Positions 60,274 to 64,000 of a stretch of 64,000 nucleotides of DNA are shown here, one piece after another. The DNA comes from Parachlamydiales bacterium. Lineage in GTDB: Bacteria; Chlamydiota; Chlamydiia; Chlamydiales; Rhabdochlamydiaceae. Within the stretch, counting starts at the first letter, position 1, and every line of letters begins with the position of its first letter. Where the stretch lies: assembly GCA_963705295.1 (NCBI GenBank), contig OY970065.1, forward strand, positions 32,001-96,000, given 5' to 3'. The notes beneath the pieces were generated by a model. It searched no databases. It saw only the letters and a list, made by a program, of their open reading frames with translations, and was not told the origin of the DNA. The position numbers and the translations under genes are program-made.

Positions 60274-61497
60274 TTAACTATCTGTTTTTACAGAATTCAC
60301 CCCTAAAAAGCTGCCTACGCAGAATCCTAACAGGAAGCTACCTCCAACCATCAAACCTACTGCAAGACGATAATCTGGAGCGGTTTTAGCTTGTTTTGAT
60401 TTCCTTCGAAGATCAACCCCTACGTCAAACCATGCTTTATTCACAATGTTCTGGATTCCTTCAGGATATTGTAAATCTTTTGCTGCCTGAATAGTACGTC
60501 CCGCAAAAGCACTGAAGTCATCCTGCCTTTGAGAATGGTTGAGCGCTTCGTACCAAATTTTACCAGGTCTCTCCCAAGAATTCCCTCCGATATTCATAGC
60601 AGTGAGAAAGAAGGCATGATTCGGAATGCCTGAGTTTGTATGCACTCCTCCATTATCATCACCAATAGAGGTGATATAAAAATCTCTCATATGCTTAGGT
60701 TGAGGATCTTGCCCTAAAATAGGATGATCGAAAGCACTGCCGGGATCTTGCATTGACCGAAGTGCTCCGCTTTTCTTGTCATTGACGATTAATCCATCCC
60801 CAATAAACCAATTAGCAGTATTTGCTGGAGTTGAGTTCAAATGATGCTTCATTTGAATGGCAAAAACATCAGACATCGATTCGTTTAAAGCACCGCTTTG
60901 ATACATATATTCAAAATCCGCAGTATACTGAGTGACTGCATGCCCGAGTTCATGAGTTGTTACATCCTGATTAAGAACAAGAGGGTTAAAAATATTTGGG
61001 TCCACTTCTCCAAAATAGACGGTTTCGGTAACTGGGTGCCAATAAGCATTATTGAAAGCACCGTCAAAATGAGTATATGCTCGCATTAGTTTTGTTGAAT
61101 TATCTACTGGGTATCTTTGAAAGATAGTGCTCGAGAACACATCAACCCTTTTCATGTTATCAAAGCAAGTTTTAGCAGCAGCATCTGGCCCAAAAGTACC
61201 TGTGCTAGAAATGACCAATTTAGGAGGGGTTCTTGAATAATCCCAAATTTCGATCGGTGAAGGGGTACCTGGTGCTATTGGAGAGATCTTCTTAGCAGCT
61301 CTGTATTCAGATGTTGTACGAAGATCTCTTAAAGCTTTAAGAACTCCAATCGACATTTGCTGCCTAATTAATTTACTGAATAGGCTAGTATCCTTAGTTT
61401 GTTGTGATAGATAATGTCTTAAAAGTTTCTCTTCTAAATTTGGAGGAATGAAAGAATAAGAAGGTAGACCTGCTGTTCCTGATGTTGCCATAAACAT
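60274..61497 (-). CDS. M4-family (protealysin-like) zinc metalloprotease with C-terminal TM segment
   Basis: NNAYW, HELGH, GALNESMSD, ALRSM, DNGGVHTNSGIPNHAF; IPP propeptide motif; no Sec signal; hydrophobic tail. Confidence 0.92.
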   Translation of the reverse strand: MFMATSGTAGLPSYSFIPPNLEEKLLRHYLSQQTKDTSLFSKLIRQQMSIGVLKALRDLRTTSEYRAAKKISPIAPGTPSPIEIWDYSRTPPKLVISSTGTFGPDAAAKTCFDNMKRVDVFSSTIFQRYPVDNSTKLMRAYTHFDGAFNNAYWHPVTETVYFGEVDPNIFNPLVLNQDVTTHELGHAVTQYTADFEYMYQSGALNESMSDVFAIQMKHHLNSTPANTANWFIGDGLIVNDKKSGALRSMQDPGSAFDHPILGQDPQPKHMRDFYITSIGDDNGGVHTNSGIPNHAFFLTAMNIGGNSWERPGKIWYEALNHSQRQDDFSAFAGRTIQAAKDLQYPEGIQNIVNKAWFDVGVDLRRKSKQAKTAPDYRLAVGLMVGGSFLLGFCVGSFLGVNSVKTDS

Positions 61498-61619
61498 ACT
61501 CCCTGTTTGATAGAACTAAAATTCAAAAAAACTATGCAAAAAAATGACTATTAACCACAACCTTTATCAGCTAGATTTTTTTCATTCTTTAATTTCAGTC
61601 ACTTGACTATAATTATAAC

Positions 61620-62423
61620 ATGAAAAAATTACTTGCTCTCCTCTTGCTCATTTTACAAAATACCGTTATGGCGATTCCCTTCGAAGATCATACAATCCCG
61701 TCCAACGCATTAGCCGAGCTGCTGGCGTTCTTTAACATTCCCGAAGACCAAAAAGTTGCACAGACTCAGCAACAATGGCTCAGAAAGGGTGGGAAAGAGC
61801 GATGGGAGATGGAAGAACTTACAGAAGATAGAAGACGATTTGTCCTAGATTGGGCGAAGAAGCAAGGTCTCTACACTGCCTGGAAAGCTTCGCAACCCAG
61901 TTATGATAAAGCCCTTATTTTAGGTGCAAATACGTATCATATGGAGACCCGTCTGGCCTATCTAAAAAAACTCTACCAAGACGGAATCCGTTTCAAAGAA
62001 ATCGTATGGCTAGTCGGCGAAAGACCCCTCGATGCTCGGGTCGATGGCCTCATGGATGTGTGTAAAACAGAATCTCAGGCTGCTCGGCACATTTGGGCAC
62101 ATGCCGATCTCCCTCCAGATATGAAACTCGTGCCAGTCCAATTTGTCGATTCTCCTATGAAGACCGAAAATGGCATCCTTAAACGTCCCACAACAGATGA
62201 CACCATCATCGACTGGTTGAAAACAACACCTGCACCCTGCACATCCCTTTTCATCTCCGATCAACCGTTCTGCGGCTATCAATTTGCCGTCATCAAAACT
62301 CTCCTGCCCTACACATTCCAGTTCGATGTCGCCGGCGATGGCGCTGATCCCTCCAGCCACTCCTCCGCCGCCGCCATCACCCTCGACGCCATCGCCCGCT
62401 GGATTTATCAAGAAAATATATAA
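61620..62423 (+). CDS. secreted hypothetical protein
   Basis: Signal peptide MKKLLALLLLILQNTVMA; alpha/beta pattern (ALILGA, GERPL, RPTT, SDQPF). Confidence 0.7.
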   Translation: MKKLLALLLLILQNTVMAIPFEDHTIPSNALAELLAFFNIPEDQKVAQTQQQWLRKGGKERWEMEELTEDRRRFVLDWAKKQGLYTAWKASQPSYDKALILGANTYHMETRLAYLKKLYQDGIRFKEIVWLVGERPLDARVDGLMDVCKTESQAARHIWAHADLPPDMKLVPVQFVDSPMKTENGILKRPTTDDTIIDWLKTTPAPCTSLFISDQPFCGYQFAVIKTLLPYTFQFDVAGDGADPSSHSSAAAITLDAIARWIYQENI

Positions 62424-62454
62424 AAATAACTCAGAAGAATTTCTTCCCTTCTTC

Positions 62455-62499
62455 CTCTGTGTCCTCTGTGCCCTCTAGAGAGCGAAGCGAACGGGTGGT
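62455..62499. repeat. half copy of the CTCTGTG...GTGGT palindrome family
   Basis: CTCTGTGTCCTCTGTGCCCTCT-AGAGAGCGAAGCGAACGG-GTGGT; left arm missing. Confidence 0.55.
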
Positions 62500-62580
62500 A
62501 AAAAATCCTAATTTCCTAAAGAAAAAGAAGGTCCAATTCACTAACATAGGTAACACTTTCAAAAAACCTTTCACAAATGA

Positions 62581-62769
62581 TTAGATTTCCAGTTCGATAT
62601 CCCTACCGGAATCTCGATCCCTTTCGACTTCGAGTTCAATTTCAGGAAAAGGGGCATTCTTAAAAAAATCGATTAATGTATCTTTTGTTTTCTTATATTC
62701 TTCAAATTCACCTGCCTCTTGAAGCTGCCAAGTTCTATGTCTTTTTCTTCGTGCATTCATTTTCGTCAT
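62581..62769 (-). pseudogene. Phd/YefM-type antitoxin remnant with internal deletion
   Basis: TWQLQEA start motif joined directly to an LIDFFKNAP..IELEVERDRDSGRDIEL tail; no intact toxin downstream. Confidence 0.55.
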
Positions 62770-62859
62770 AAAATTAACTATAACTAATTTGATATATAAT
62801 GAGTTACCCTTGAATTCTTACGATATGTAGGGCATTGTGTATACCAAAGGTCTATGTGA

Positions 62860-64000
62860 ATGCCGGGTGAAATTTTTTCAGAGGAAGATCTTCGGACTGG
62901 ACAGACTCTCGTGGACGAGGGGAAAGTTGGGTCTGTTTTGTTTTCGGGAGGGACGTATCAGGTTCAGGTGAAGGGTTTGGGGAAAGAGGTGTTTTGGCCT
63001 TTTCTACAAATTTCGGATGATGGGTTATTAAAAGATCACTTCTGTACATGTCGCCACGCTGAAGAGACGGGTAAATGTGAACACCTGGCCGCTGCGTGGC
63101 AAAAGATTTTTCATGGGCATGAAGAGCCGATGCATATCCGTTTTCAATCTTCATTGTGGAATCAACTCTGCCAAATGGGAGCTCGGAGGCATGGATACGC
63201 TACGAGCTGTTTAAAAGGGTCTCTTCAGAGTCAATTCGAAGCTTTCTCTACATCGAGGAAAAAACTTTTTTCTTGCAAGCCTTTGGATGGTGACGGGAAA
63301 AAAGTTTTGAGAGAAATTCTGGTCGATCGAAAACCAGAGACAGAAGAGACCTCGCTGAAATTTTCCAATCTGTCCCCGGATGAAATCAAACTATGGAAAG
63401 AAGGAAGACCCAGCCCATTCTTAAGCTATGAACTTTCTTTCTGGGCCGATCTGGCCAAATGGTGGATGCTCATGCAGGAGGAAGGAAGGAAATACACGAT
63501 CGATTTTCACTATGGGGAAGAGGTCCTTCCTAAAGAAATTTCCGTTCATTTTGAAAATAATGAGTTTAGTTTTTACATCTCGGAAGCCAACTGGCCTCAG
63601 ATCATTCCTTCTCTTGCAACGGTTCAATCTCCCTTGAAAGTCCATGAATTTTCGCACGAACAGATCCGCCGCATTTTTTATGATCCTCTTCGAAAGGTTT
63701 TTCACCTTGATATTCTAGTTCCCGAGACTCAAGAAGAGCATGCGGCCTATCAGATTGGCGAGTGGAGTTTTGTCCGTGGAAAAGGTTTTTATCCTTCTAA
63801 ACTCGATCCTTTGCTCAGAGAAAAAATCATTCACGCATCTCAAATCGGTGATTTCCTCCATAGACACCAACATCTCGTGCAGGCCCATCTCATGGGAACC
63901 AAGATCCATTTATCACCCGTCCCTGCGCGCTATGTCCTCTCTTTTGATGGCAACAGATCTCTTCACATCATGTGCCATGTTTTCGAAAAAGGAGACCTTC
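62860..64000 (+). CDS. SWIM-domain protein, N-terminus of a probable SNF2 helicase (CT555-like); runs off the window
   Basis: Hand translation is open from ATG 62860 to the edge: FSGGTYQV, FWPFLQ, CTC-x7-CEHL (SWIM), ETEETSLKFSNL; missing from the ORF track because it has no stop. Confidence 0.8.
   Translation, partial: MPGEIFSEEDLRTGQTLVDEGKVGSVLFSGGTYQVQVKGLGKEVFWPFLQISDDGLLKDHFCTCRHAEETGKCEHLAAAWQKIFHGHEEPMHIRFQSSLWNQLCQMGARRHGYATSCLKGSLQSQFEAFSTSRKKLFSCKPLDGDGKKVLREILVDRKPETEETSLKFSNLSPDEIKLWKEGRPSPFLSYELSFWADLAKWWMLMQEEGRKYTIDFHYGEEVLPKEISVHFENNEFSFYISEANWPQIIPSLATVQSPLKVHEFSHEQIRRIFYDPLRKVFHLDILVPETQEEHAAYQIGEWSFVRGKGFYPSKLDPLLREKIIHASQIGDFLHRHQHLVQAHLMGTKIHLSPVPARYVLSFDGNRSLHIMCHVFEKGDL

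Noticed and set aside
62852..63909. Short ORFs in the track near the window end
   Set aside because: Shadows of the open + strand SWIM-domain gene starting at 62860.

Overview
This window is chromosomal DNA from an environmental member of the phylum Chlamydiota. The call rests on Chlamydia-type gene blocks: pckG-mreB-SNF2-tRNA-Gly-tig-clpP-clpX, kdsA-lptC/A/B, rluD-khpA, and the scc4-cdsD-E-F-G-(CT668-like)-cdsN-O-P type III secretion operon. AT-rich accessory patches interrupt the housekeeping blocks. The main finding is a complete class I lanthipeptide core (Cys/Ser/Thr-rich precursor, LanC, full-length LanB; no transporter, protease or immunity gene). It lies directly after cdsP, where cdsQ-pkn5-cdsC normally follow. 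It is preceded by one of two copies of a 160-bp palindromic element whose arms co-vary. It is followed convergently by an M4 (protealysin-like) protease and a small gene whose N-terminus copies that protease's propeptide. Other notable items: HigBA, a nucleotidyltransferase/HTH pair, a RING-finger protein, a membrane-anchored Clp-like AAA+ protein, a large DHH-family protein, REP-like CACAGAG palindromes, TA/Fic remnants, and a mirror-image local C/G skew around accessory sites. mreB, one SNF2 gene and clpX are frameshifted, most likely through assembly errors. All product calls come from motif recognition by eye; no database search was run.
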